From positions 224,001 to 288,000 of the forward strand of contig CAWFFN010000009.1 in the NCBI GenBank assembly GCA_963815115.1: a DNA stretch of 64,000 bases. Reading direction: 5' to 3'. The notes below the pieces were generated by a model that was given only the letters and a program-made list of their open reading frames with translations, was not told where the DNA came from and made no database searches. The translations under genes and the position numbers were made by a program. This stretch comes from an uncultured delta proteobacterium (GTDB lineage Bacteria; Desulfobacterota; Binatia; DP-6). Below, piece after piece: positions 23,657-32,886 of the stretch. The number at the start of each line of letters is the position of its first letter. The first letter of the stretch is position 1.

Positions 23657-24463
23657 TTGCACCCGAAGTACGTCGACATCGACGGCACCGCCGTCCACTA
23701 CCTGCACACCGGCCCCACCACCCTGCCCGAGGTCCCTCCCGCCCTCGATCGGGGCGTGCTGCTCGTCCTGCTGCACGCCGCCGGCAGCACGGCCGGCATG
23801 TGGCGGCGTCAGCTCCTCGGGCTCGAGTCGCAGCACAGTGTGGTCGCGCTCGACCTGCCGGGGCACGGGCGCTCGAGCGGCATCGACGGCCCCGCGTCGG
23901 TCGAGGAGAGCGCGGCAGTCGTCCTGCGCGTGCTCGACGCGCTCCGGCTTCGTCCCTGCGTGCTGGTCGGCCGCAGCATGGGCAGCGCCATCGCTCTCGT
24001 CCTGGCGTCGCGCGCGCCCGAGCGGGTCCGCGGTCTCGTGCTCGCCTGCAGCGCCGCGCGCTTCACGCTGACCGACGAGATGCTGAGCTCCGCGCGCGAC
24101 GTCGCCCGCGGCCGCCTGCCGCAGCAGTTCACCACCGACACCTTCTCGCCGGCCACCGGGATCGAGCTGATGCGCGAGGCATGGATGGAGCAGGTGAAGA
24201 CCGACCCGCGCGTGCGGCTCACCGATCTCCTCGCCTGCCGGGCCTTCGACGGCCGGCCGCTGCTGCCGACGATCCGGGTACCCACGCTGGTCGTCGCCGG
24301 TGCCGACGACGGCATCACGCCGGTGGCGCAGGCCGAGGAGCTGGCGGGGGGCATCGCCGGAGCGCGCCTCGAGGTCATCGCGCAGGCAGGTCACCAGGCG
24401 CCGCTCGAGCAGAGCGAGCGCTTCAACGAGCTGGTGGCAGGGTTCGCGGGGCGTCTCGCATGA
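23657..24463 (+). CDS. Alpha/beta-fold hydrolase
   Basis: ALDLPGHGRS, nucleophile elbow GRSMG, GADD and AGH; start codon uncertain. Confidence 0.85.
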   Translation: MHPKYVDIDGTAVHYLHTGPTTLPEVPPALDRGVLLVLLHAAGSTAGMWRRQLLGLESQHSVVALDLPGHGRSSGIDGPASVEESAAVVLRVLDALRLRPCVLVGRSMGSAIALVLASRAPERVRGLVLACSAARFTLTDEMLSSARDVARGRLPQQFTTDTFSPATGIELMREAWMEQVKTDPRVRLTDLLACRAFDGRPLLPTIRVPTLVVAGADDGITPVAQAEELAGGIAGARLEVIAQAGHQAPLEQSERFNELVAGFAGRLA

Positions 24464-25611
24464 GCATGTGGGGGCGGGTAGCGGTGGCGGGGGTGTACGA
24501 GCATCCCACGCGCTTCGCGCCCGACAAGACGTCCTACCAGCTGCACGCGGAGAGCGCGCGCGGCGCGCTCTCCGACGCGGGGCTGACCATCCGCGACGTG
24601 GATGGGTTCTGCACGAGCGGGGTGGGTCCGATCGGGATTCTCTCGCTGGCCCAGCACCTCGATCTGCGGCCCCGATGGCTCGATTCGCAGGCCATCGGCG
24701 GGTCGTCGTTCGTATCCCATTGCCTGCACGCCGCCGCGGCCATCGCGGGGGGACTGTGCGAGGTGGCGCTCGTCACCTACGGCTCGACCGCGGCGTCGGA
24801 GCGCTTCGCGATCGGCACCGGGGGCGGCTTCGCGATGGATCCGCCCGACTACTTCGAAGCGCCGTTCGGTCCCACCATCGTCGGCTCCTATGCGCTGGTC
24901 GCGCAGCGTCACATGCACGAGTACGGCACCACGAGCGAGCAGCTGGCCGAGATCGCGGTCACGATGCGCCGGCACGCGGCCGGAAACCCGGACGCCAAGT
25001 ATCGCGATCCGATCACGGTCGAGGACGTCCTCGCCTCCCGCATCATCTCGTCCCCGCTCCACCTGCTCGACTGCTGCATCATCTCGGACGGTGCCGGCGC
25101 GCTGGTGCTCACGTCGGTCGAGCGGGCGCGGGACCTGGCGCAGCCGCCCGTCGTCATTCTCGGCGGCGCCGAGGCCGTGCAGCACCACGGCATCGGGCGC
25201 CGGGACCTGCTCGACATCGCCGCCCGGCAGTCGGGAGCCCTGGCCCTCGAGCGCGCCGGCATCCGGCATGCCGACGTGGATTGCGCCATGATCTACGACT
25301 CGTACACCATCACGGTGCTCGCCACGCTCGAGGCGCTCGGGTTCTGCGGGCCGGGCGAAGGCGGGGCCTTCTGCGCCGACGGGCGCATCGGGCTCGGCGG
25401 CGCGCTGCCGATCAACACCGACGGCGGCGGTCTGTCGTCGAACCACCCGGGCATGCGCGGCATCTTCCTCGTCATCGAGGCCGCCAAGCAGCTCCGCCGC
25501 TCGCGCGGCGCAGCGCAGGTGCCCGATGCCGAGCTCGCGCTGGTGCACGGCACGGGCGGCATGCTCGGCCAGCGTCACAGCGGGGTGACGATGGTCCTGG
25601 GGCGGGCATGA
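24460..25611 (+). CDS. Thiolase-fold protein (SCP-x/Ltp2-like)
   Basis: LLDCCIISDGAGA, IYDSYTITV, LPINTDGGGLS..HPG; ATGA overlaps on both sides. Confidence 0.88.
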   Translation: MSMWGRVAVAGVYEHPTRFAPDKTSYQLHAESARGALSDAGLTIRDVDGFCTSGVGPIGILSLAQHLDLRPRWLDSQAIGGSSFVSHCLHAAAAIAGGLCEVALVTYGSTAASERFAIGTGGGFAMDPPDYFEAPFGPTIVGSYALVAQRHMHEYGTTSEQLAEIAVTMRRHAAGNPDAKYRDPITVEDVLASRIISSPLHLLDCCIISDGAGALVLTSVERARDLAQPPVVILGGAEAVQHHGIGRRDLLDIAARQSGALALERAGIRHADVDCAMIYDSYTITVLATLEALGFCGPGEGGAFCADGRIGLGGALPINTDGGGLSSNHPGMRGIFLVIEAAKQLRRSRGAAQVPDAELALVHGTGGMLGQRHSGVTMVLGRA

Positions 25612-26024
25612 GCGAGCGCGCGTATCGCAAGCCCGTTCCGCGCGTCGACGAGGAGTCGCGCGGCTGGTGGGAGGCGCTCCAGCGTCACGAGCTCTACGTG
25701 CAGCGCTGCCGTGCATGCGGTACGACACGCCTCCCGCCCCGCGCCGTCTGCCCCGCCTGCCTGTCCCCCGACGTCGAGTGGGTACGGGCGAGCGGGCGAG
25801 GCACGATCTACAGCTTCACCGTGACCCACCAGAACCAGGTGCCGGGCTTCCGCGAGGAGCTGCCCTACGTGCTCGCGATCGTCGAGCTCGCCGAAGGCCC
25901 GCGCATCATGACGAACGTCGTCGGCTGCGGGCCGGATGCCGTGCGCATCGGCATGCCCGTCGAGGTGGTGTTCGACGACGTCACGCCCGAGGTCACGCTG
26001 GCGAAGTTCCGGCCGGTGGCATGA
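25608..26024 (+). CDS. DUF35 zinc-ribbon/OB-fold protein
   Basis: QRCRACG...PPRAVCPAC...GTIYSFTV...VELAEGPRIMTN...IGMPVEVVF. Confidence 0.92.
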   Translation: MSERAYRKPVPRVDEESRGWWEALQRHELYVQRCRACGTTRLPPRAVCPACLSPDVEWVRASGRGTIYSFTVTHQNQVPGFREELPYVLAIVELAEGPRIMTNVVGCGPDAVRIGMPVEVVFDDVTPEVTLAKFRPVA

Positions 26025-26677
26025 TTCTCGATCTGCACCTGCACTCGGAGCGCTCGGACGACAGCCGGGCGCCGGTCGAGGCGTACCTGAAGCTGCTGCA
26101 GCGCAAGCGGACCGAGCGACCGCTCGACGGCATCGTCCTCACCGAGCACCGCCAGTTCGACCTGGAGCGCGACTTCCGCGAGCTCGAGGATCGCTACGGC
26201 CTGCTCATCCTGAACGCCGCCGAGGTCGAGACCGACTACGGCCACGTGCTGGTCTACGGCGTGAACCCCGACATCCTCGCCCGCTTCGACTTCTCCGACG
26301 TCCGCCTGCCGGCGCAGGAGGTCATCAACGAGGTCCATCGGCTCGGAGGGGTCGCGCTGCCCTGCCATCCGGGACGTCCGAACGTGGGCCTGTGCGCGCA
26401 CTACGACGCCAAGGGCCCGCTGGAAGGGGTCGTCGCCGTCGAGGCGTTGAACGGCGGCAGCAAGAAGGGCGAGGACGCCCGCGTCCACGAGCTCATGCAG
26501 CGATATGGATACGCCGGCTTCGGCGGCAGCGACTCCCACCTGGTCAGCTTCATCGGCATCGTCGCGACCGAGTTCGAGGCCGACATCCGGAGCATGGACG
26601 ATCTGGTGCGCGAGCTGCGGGCGGCGCGCTGCCGCCCCGTCGATTTCCGCCCGCGCGCGCCGGCGCCTCCCGCTTGA
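26021..26677 (+). CDS. PHP-domain phosphoesterase
   Basis: DLHLHS, LTEH, GHVLVYG, CHPGR, GGSDSH. Confidence 0.88.
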   Translation: MILDLHLHSERSDDSRAPVEAYLKLLQRKRTERPLDGIVLTEHRQFDLERDFRELEDRYGLLILNAAEVETDYGHVLVYGVNPDILARFDFSDVRLPAQEVINEVHRLGGVALPCHPGRPNVGLCAHYDAKGPLEGVVAVEALNGGSKKGEDARVHELMQRYGYAGFGGSDSHLVSFIGIVATEFEADIRSMDDLVRELRAARCRPVDFRPRAPAPPA

Positions 26678-26742
26678 CCGGCAACTCCGGAGCGGGGTAG
26701 TTGCCTCCGGTCCGTCTCGCAGCACACGAGAAGCAGGAGGTC

Positions 26743-27936
26743 ATGATGAGGACGCGCACGGCGGTCGCGCTGGGACTCTTCCTGGCGGCGGGAACGGCGG
26801 GAGCAGTCCAGCCGACGCCCTTCACCGGATACCTTCACAAGTCGCCCACCCCGGCCCCGGTGCCGGGCGGCACGTCGGTGTTCGTGCTGACGGATACGGC
26901 GCCCGTCGGGGCGCCGCCGATCACCGAGCAGGTTTCGGTCATCAAGCAGCAGTCCGCTGCCTTCCCGGCGTTCATCGCACCGCCCTTCACCAAGGACACC
27001 CTCCTGCCCATCAAGATCGGGGCGACCGTGAGCCTGTCGGCCAACCTCGGGATGGGCGGATGCGCGCAGATGGATGCCAACGTCCTGCAGATCGACCCGC
27101 TCGGCAACGAGACCGTCGCCGCCAACGTGGGGCTGATCGCGGCCACCGTGCCCCAGGGCTCGGTGAACGGCACGGTGGGATTCGCGACCTACCGGCTCAC
27201 CGCGCCGGGCATCAGCTGCACCCTGCTCGACGGCATTCCCGTGCTGGAGGGCGGTTCGATCGGGCTGCGGCTGATCATGACGAACTCCTGCGACGCGAAC
27301 CGCACCGTGTCGCTGGCCTACGACGCGGCAGCGGCGGCGTCCGAGGTCGATTTCGTCGTGCCCACGGACGCGGAGGATATGGCGCTGCGGCTGGCCTGCC
27401 AGCAGAAGTGCGGGACGGCCAAGCTGAAGGCGGCGGGCGCCAAGGCGAATGCCCGCACGAAGTGCTTCGAGAAGGCGGTCGCGAAGTCGCTGCCGGCCGA
27501 TCAGCGATGTCTCGACAGGGCGGACGACAGGCTGCTGGTGACATTCCTGAGCATCGAGACGCAGGGCGGCTGCGTGTTCACCGGCGACGCGCCCGCCGTC
27601 GAGGGGGCGATCGACTCCGCCATCGGCGCGTTCGTCGGCGCGCTGTCGCCGGCGACGCAGGACAAGGCTGCCGTCAAGTGCGCGAGCACGAAGATCAAGG
27701 CCGCCGGTACCAAGGCGGAGGACAGGATCAAGTGTCACGCAACGTCGTTCGGCAAGGGACAGGCGATCGATCCGACCTGCCTCAACAGGGCGGACATCAA
27801 GTTCCTGAAGGCCTTCCAGAAGGCCGACGCCAAGGGCGGATGCTCCGTCACCGGTGACGTCGCCGCCATCGAGGCCATCGTCGACGGTCTCGTCGACGAC
27901 GTCGTTGCTCGGCTCGTGCCCTCGAATCCTACATAG
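26743..27936 (+). CDS. Secreted protein with two C-terminal Cys-rich helical repeats
   Basis: AGGAGG RBS, signal peptide, codon bias consistent with coding; no family recognised. Confidence 0.8.
   Translation: MMRTRTAVALGLFLAAGTAGAVQPTPFTGYLHKSPTPAPVPGGTSVFVLTDTAPVGAPPITEQVSVIKQQSAAFPAFIAPPFTKDTLLPIKIGATVSLSANLGMGGCAQMDANVLQIDPLGNETVAANVGLIAATVPQGSVNGTVGFATYRLTAPGISCTLLDGIPVLEGGSIGLRLIMTNSCDANRTVSLAYDAAAAASEVDFVVPTDAEDMALRLACQQKCGTAKLKAAGAKANARTKCFEKAVAKSLPADQRCLDRADDRLLVTFLSIETQGGCVFTGDAPAVEGAIDSAIGAFVGALSPATQDKAAVKCASTKIKAAGTKAEDRIKCHATSFGKGQAIDPTCLNRADIKFLKAFQKADAKGGCSVTGDVAAIEAIVDGLVDDVVARLVPSNPT
27406..27921 (+). repeat. Two intragenic repeats with 270-nt (90-aa) period
   Basis: KCGTAKLKAAGAKA..KC..RCLDRAD..GGCVFTGD versus KCASTKIKAAGTKA..KC..TCLNRAD..GGCSVTGD. 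Confidence 0.85.
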
Positions 27937-27944
27937 GAGATGGA

Positions 27945-27971
27945 TCGACCCGAGACTTCGTCTCGGGTCGA
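27945..27971 (+). terminator. Perfect 12-bp stem-loop after the secreted-protein gene (terminator or 3' stabiliser; no U-tract)
   Basis: TCGACCCGAGAC-TTC-GTCTCGGGTCGA, 8 nt after the stop codon. Confidence 0.55.
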
Positions 27972-28113
27972 GCGGAGGCGAGCGTGTGGCGTCCGGTGGG
28001 TCGGGCAGGCGCCGTGCCGCGGCCGGCGGAGCCGGCGCGGCAAAACGTGCCATACCTGGGATTGCCGGCGGGTCTACCCGGAAGGAACCGGGGCTGATAG
28101 TGCCGCACGCATC

Positions 28114-31100
28114 GTGCTTCCGAAGCGTCTGCTGATCGCCAACCGGGGCGAGATCGCGATCCGGATCGCCCGTGCCGCAGGCGAGCTCGGCATCGCGACC
28201 GTCACCGTCTTCTCGGCGGACGACGCGGCGGCGCTGCACGTGCGCCGGGGAGATCGTTCACGCGCTCTCGACGGCGTGGGTCCAGCCGCCTACCTCGACG
28301 GCGCCGGCATCGTCGCCGCTGCCGCGGACGAGGGATGCGACGCCATCCATCCGGGCTACGGCTTCCTGAGCGAGAACGCCGCCTTCGCGCGCCGGTGCCG
28401 CGAGGCAGGCATGATCTTCGTCGGGCCGCGGAGCGACCTGCTGGACCTCTTCGGCGACAAGGCGCAGGCCCGCGCGCTCGCGGCGCGTTGCGCGGTGCCC
28501 GTGCTCGCCGGAACCTCGGGGCCGACGACGGTCGACGAGGCACGGGCGTTCGTCGCGGCGCTCGGCGAGGGCGATGCGGCGCTGATCAAGGCGGTCGCAG
28601 GCGGCGGCGGCCGAGGCATGCGAGTCGTCGCCCGCACGCAGGATGTCGCCGAGGCATGGGAGCGCTGCCGTTCCGAGGCGCTGCAGGCGTTCGGCACGGG
28701 CGACCTCTACGTCGAGCGGCTGATGCCGCACGCGCGCCATGTCGAGGTCCAGGTGCTGGGCGACGGCAACGGCGCCGTGAGCCATCTCTGGGAGCGCGAG
28801 TGCACGCTCCAGCGGCGCCATCAGAAGCTGGTCGAGGTCGCGCCCGCCCCCGGCCTGGCGTCCGGCCTGCGGGCGCGGCTGCTCGAGGCCGCCCTGCGAG
28901 TCGCGCGGGAGGTGCGCTTCGACAACCTCGGCACCTTCGAGTTCCTCGTCGACGCGGCGACCGCTGGCGACGGGGCCGCCTTCGCCTTCATCGAGGCCAA
29001 TCCCCGCCTGCAGGTCGAGCACACCGTCACCGAGGAGGTCACCGGCGCCGATCTGGTGAAGCTCCAGCTCCGCCTCGCGGCGGGATGCTCGCTGGCCGAC
29101 CTCGGCCTCGAGGCCGAGCCGTCCGGGCCACGCGGGTTTGCGGTCCAGGCGCGCGTCAACACGGAGACGATCGCCCCGGACGGCAGCGTGCGGCCCGCGG
29201 GCGGGACCCTCGGGGTGTTCGAGCTTCCCTCCGGACCGGGCATCCGGGTCGATACCGCCGGCCACGTCGGATACCGGACCAACCCGCGCTTCGACTCGCT
29301 GCTCGCCAAGGTGGTGGGCCACACGACGGCGGCAAGCTTCGCAGAGGCGGTGGGGCGCACGGCGCGCGCGCTGGACGAGTTTCGCATCGAGGGCGTCGCC
29401 ACGAACGTCGGCTTCCTGCGCCGCCTGCTGGCACACCCCGAGGTGCTCGCGAACCGCATCGATACCGGGTTCGTGACCGAGCACGTCGCCGAGCTCGCGG
29501 CTCCCGGCGGCGGCCCCGGCGGTAGCACGTCATCGGCCGCGTTTGCCGGCGCGAAGGTCGACTCGATCGATCCCCTCGCCGTGCTCGTCCACGGCAAGTC
29601 GGTCGCGGCACGGTCCACGGCCGCCCTGGGCCCAGAGTCCGGCGGCGGCGCCGAGATCGTCGCGCCCATGCAGGGCACCATCGTGAGCATCGACGTGCGC
29701 GAAGGCGATCCGGTGTACGCGGATACGCAGCTCCTGGTGATGGAAGCGATGAAGATGGAGCACGTCGTGCGGGCACGGGCGGGCGGCATCGTGCGACACG
29801 TGCTGGTGCACGTCGGCGACGCGGTGCTCGAGGGCAGCCCCCTGCTGCTCGTGGAGGAGAGTAGCGACGAGCTCGCGGGCACGGCGGCGCCCGAGGAGAT
29901 CGACCTGGACGAGGTGCGCGCCGACCTGGCCGACGCGCAGCGGCGCCAGCAGCTCACCCAGGACGCGGCGCGTCCCGACGCCGTCGCGCGGCGGCGAGCG
30001 ACCGGGCAGCGGACCGCTCGCGAGAACGTGGCCGACCTCTGCGACCCGGGCTCGTTCATCGAGTACGGCTCGCTCGCCATCGCCGCGCAGCGCCGACGCC
30101 GACCCGTCGACGAGCTGATCGCACGCACGCCCGCGGACGGGCTCGTCGCCGGCATCGGCCGCGTGAACGGCGACCTCGTGGGAGAGGAGCGCGGGCGCTG
30201 CGTCGTCATGTCGTACGACTACACGGTGCTCGCCGGCACGCAGGGGCTGCAGAACCACCGCAAGAAGGACCGCATGTTCGAGCTGGCCGAGGCGTGGCGC
30301 CTCCCGGTGGTGCTGTTCGCGGAGGGCGGTGGCGGCCGTCCGGGCGACACCGACGCCTCGGCGGTCGCGTCGCTCGACACCATGGCCTTCCACTACTTCG
30401 GCCGCCTGAGCGGCCTGGTGCCGCTCGTCGGCGTCGTGTCGGGGCGCTGCTTCGCCGGCAACGCCGCCCTGCTCGGCTGCTGCGACGTGGTGATCGCGAC
30501 CGGAGACGCGAACATCGGCATGGGCGGCCCGGCGATGATCGAGGGCGGAGGCCTCGGGGTCTTCCGGCCGGAGGAGGTCGGACCCGTGCAGGTCCAGGCT
30601 CCGAACGGCGTGATCGACGTCCTGGTGGCGGATGAGGAGGAGGCGGTGCGCGTCGCGAAGCGATATCTCTCGTTCTTCCAGGGGCCGGTCGGCGGCTGGG
30701 AGTGTGCCGACCAGCGGCTGCTCCGCCGGCTGGTTCCGGAGAACCGCCTGCGTGCCTACGACGTCCGCGCCGTGATCGACACGCTGGCGGACACCGGGTC
30801 GGTACTCGAGCTGCGCCGCCGCTTCGGGCGCGGCATGGTGACGGCGCTCGTTCGCATCGAGGGCCGCCCCATGGGCGTCGTCGCCAACGACCCCACCCAC
30901 CTCGGAGGCGCCATCGACAGCGATGGCTCCGACAAGGCGGCGCGCTTCATGCAGCTCTGCGACGCCTTCGATCTGCCCGTCGTCATGCTGTGCGACACGC
31001 CGGGGATGATGGTCGGTCCGGAGGTCGAGAAGACCGCCCTCGTCCGTCACTGCTGTCGGCTCTTCGTGACCGGCGCCAGCCTGAGCGTCCCCATCGTCAC

Positions 31101-31470
31101 CATCGTGTTGCGCAAGGCGTACGGCCTGGGTGCCCAGGCCATGGCGGGGGGCAGCTTCAAGGTCCCGGCGCTCGCCGTCTCCTGGCCGACCGGCGAGTTC
31201 GGCGGGATGGGCCTCGAGGGATCGGTGAAGCTCGGCTACCGCAACGAGCTCGCCGCCATCACCGATGCCGCGGAGCGACGGAGCGCCTTCGAGCAGATGG
31301 TCGCCCGCGCGTACGAGCACGGGAAGGCGCTCAACGTCGCCTCGGTCTTCGAGATCGACGACGTCATCGACCCGGCGGAGTCGCGTGGGCGGATCGCGGG
31401 CGTCCTGGGCGCGCTTCCGCCGCCGGTCCGCCGTGAAACCAAGAAGCGCCCGTGCGTCGACACGTGGTGA
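28114..31470 (+). CDS. Single-chain acyl-CoA carboxylase (biotin carboxylase-BCCP-carboxyltransferase fusion)
   Basis: LLIANRGEIA, GGGGRGMR, RLQVEH, biotin site EAMKM, YTVLAGTQG, DTPGMMVGP. Confidence 0.93.
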   Translation: MLPKRLLIANRGEIAIRIARAAGELGIATVTVFSADDAAALHVRRGDRSRALDGVGPAAYLDGAGIVAAAADEGCDAIHPGYGFLSENAAFARRCREAGMIFVGPRSDLLDLFGDKAQARALAARCAVPVLAGTSGPTTVDEARAFVAALGEGDAALIKAVAGGGGRGMRVVARTQDVAEAWERCRSEALQAFGTGDLYVERLMPHARHVEVQVLGDGNGAVSHLWERECTLQRRHQKLVEVAPAPGLASGLRARLLEAALRVAREVRFDNLGTFEFLVDAATAGDGAAFAFIEANPRLQVEHTVTEEVTGADLVKLQLRLAAGCSLADLGLEAEPSGPRGFAVQARVNTETIAPDGSVRPAGGTLGVFELPSGPGIRVDTAGHVGYRTNPRFDSLLAKVVGHTTAASFAEAVGRTARALDEFRIEGVATNVGFLRRLLAHPEVLANRIDTGFVTEHVAELAAPGGGPGGSTSSAAFAGAKVDSIDPLAVLVHGKSVAARSTAALGPESGGGAEIVAPMQGTIVSIDVREGDPVYADTQLLVMEAMKMEHVVRARAGGIVRHVLVHVGDAVLEGSPLLLVEESSDELAGTAAPEEIDLDEVRADLADAQRRQQLTQDAARPDAVARRRATGQRTARENVADLCDPGSFIEYGSLAIAAQRRRRPVDELIARTPADGLVAGIGRVNGDLVGEERGRCVVMSYDYTVLAGTQGLQNHRKKDRMFELAEAWRLPVVLFAEGGGGRPGDTDASAVASLDTMAFHYFGRLSGLVPLVGVVSGRCFAGNAALLGCCDVVIATGDANIGMGGPAMIEGGGLGVFRPEEVGPVQVQAPNGVIDVLVADEEEAVRVAKRYLSFFQGPVGGWECADQRLLRRLVPENRLRAYDVRAVIDTLADTGSVLELRRRFGRGMVTALVRIEGRPMGVVANDPTHLGGAIDSDGSDKAARFMQLCDAFDLPVVMLCDTPGMMVGPEVEKTALVRHCCRLFVTGASLSVPIVTIVLRKAYGLGAQAMAGGSFKVPALAVSWPTGEFGGMGLEGSVKLGYRNELAAITDAAERRSAFEQMVARAYEHGKALNVASVFEIDDVIDPAESRGRIAGVLGALPPPVRRETKKRPCVDTW

Positions 31471-31476
31471 GCGTGG

Positions 31477-31772
31477 CTAGCGGCGACGCCGCGAGGCCGG
31501 CGGCGGTTTCTTCCTCTTCCGCCTACCACCCAGGTAGCGCACCCCGAGGTCGTCGAACGCGCGCACCAGATCGCGAAAGTCTCGTGCCAGATCGATCCGG
31601 CTTCCGGCCACTCAACCTCCACTGGTCCACGCTCAGGTGAAAGGCGAAGACGAGGCGCTCGTCGAGCGGGATGCGATCCCACCAGGCGTCGTCGTCTGCG
31701 GCGAGGGTTCGCGCTTCCGGCGTCCCGGGTCGAACCGTTCGGGCGCTGACGTCGGGAGTGCCTGGGAGCCAC
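31477..31772 (-). pseudogene. Decayed two-gene module: small acidic partner plus truncated nucleotidyltransferase-family gene
   Basis: Minus strand encodes ADDDAWWDRIPLDERL..SVDQWRL and, after GGAGG (GTG at 31611), IDLARDFRDLVRAFDDLGVRYL-(+1 nt)-VVGG, which then ends abruptly. Confidence 0.55.
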
Positions 31773-31861
31773 GGACGGTAGTTTACCAGCTCGCGGGGTG
31801 TGGGGGCGACCGGCGTGGGCGCGCTTCACCTGGCAAGGCAGGTCATGGCAGAGTGCCCTGC

Positions 31862-32875
31862 ATGGCGGCTCCCTACGTGCACTTTCCGGCACTGCTCTCC
31901 GACGGTGACGCCGAGGCCATGCTCCGGCTCTGCGAGCGCTTCGGCAGCTACGGGATGTACGGGCAGAAGCCCGTCGAGGAAGAGCTCGGCCGTGGGCTCT
32001 ACCAGCGCCACGACGCGGCCATGAACTACATCCGCACGGGCGGCCGCTTTGCACGGATGGAGTCGACGGCGTCGCTCGGCGTGCGCACCAACTACTTCCG
32101 CGAGACCTACGCCTACGCCGAGCCCGTGGTGGACGGCATCGAGGGCTTCCTGTGGCACGAAGGCTTCCTGGGGGCCGCGCGCACCGTCTTCGGCCGGCCG
32201 ATCGTTCAGCCCGCGATCGTGTACGCGAACCTGCTGGTTCCCGGGCAGGAGCTCGCCGTGCACACCGACGTGCCCGAGTTCCGTGGCGCCAACCGCACCA
32301 AGGATCCGGAGTGGCTGCTCGTCGTGATGCACCACTCGGGGCTCTTCGAACGCTGGCGTATGCCAATCGCCACCGGCGTCTCGTGGTTCGGCGGCTGCCG
32401 CGGCGGTGACTTCGCCTTCTATCCCGACGGACCCGCCGGACCGGCGGCCACCATTCCCGCCGCGCACGATACCGCCGTGCTGCTCGACACGGACTCGGTG
32501 TTCCACGGCGTCGACCGCGTGGCCGAGAGCGCGACGCCGCTGCCGCCGCTCGCCATCGGCATGCGCCTCACCTTCGAGGGCAACGACACCTGGCGGGTTG
32601 GCTCCGGCGACGAGGCCGTCGTGCGCTACCGCTGGGACGAGTTGCGCTTCTCGGTGTCGTGGAAGGCGTACTGCCTGGCCGACGAGGCCGAGCGGCGGAT
32701 GGTCGCGGAGCACACCGACGACCTGACGCGGGACCAGGTCATGGACGCGCTCCTCGACGACCTGCGGCGGCGGGGACGGCTGGGGGACGGCGTGCCGGGT
32801 GGAACCGAGCTGGCGCTGCTGCTGATCGACGAGTTCGTTCGCTTTCCGGCGCCCTCCGACGGCGCCGCTGCCTAG
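31862..32875 (+). CDS. Hypothetical protein, putative Fe(II)/2-oxoglutarate oxygenase-like fold
   Basis: LAVHTD (HxD), GGDFAFY, DSVFHGVDRV (distal His), RFSVSWK. Confidence 0.6.
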   Translation: MAAPYVHFPALLSDGDAEAMLRLCERFGSYGMYGQKPVEEELGRGLYQRHDAAMNYIRTGGRFARMESTASLGVRTNYFRETYAYAEPVVDGIEGFLWHEGFLGAARTVFGRPIVQPAIVYANLLVPGQELAVHTDVPEFRGANRTKDPEWLLVVMHHSGLFERWRMPIATGVSWFGGCRGGDFAFYPDGPAGPAATIPAAHDTAVLLDTDSVFHGVDRVAESATPLPPLAIGMRLTFEGNDTWRVGSGDEAVVRYRWDELRFSVSWKAYCLADEAERRMVAEHTDDLTRDQVMDALLDDLRRRGRLGDGVPGGTELALLLIDEFVRFPAPSDGAAA

Positions 32876-32886
32876 ACGCGCACCAC

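Noticed and set aside
26680-26705. Inverted repeat GGCAACT-N12-AGTTGCC before the secreted-protein gene
   Set aside because: Short arms, no U-tract and no second copy; could be chance
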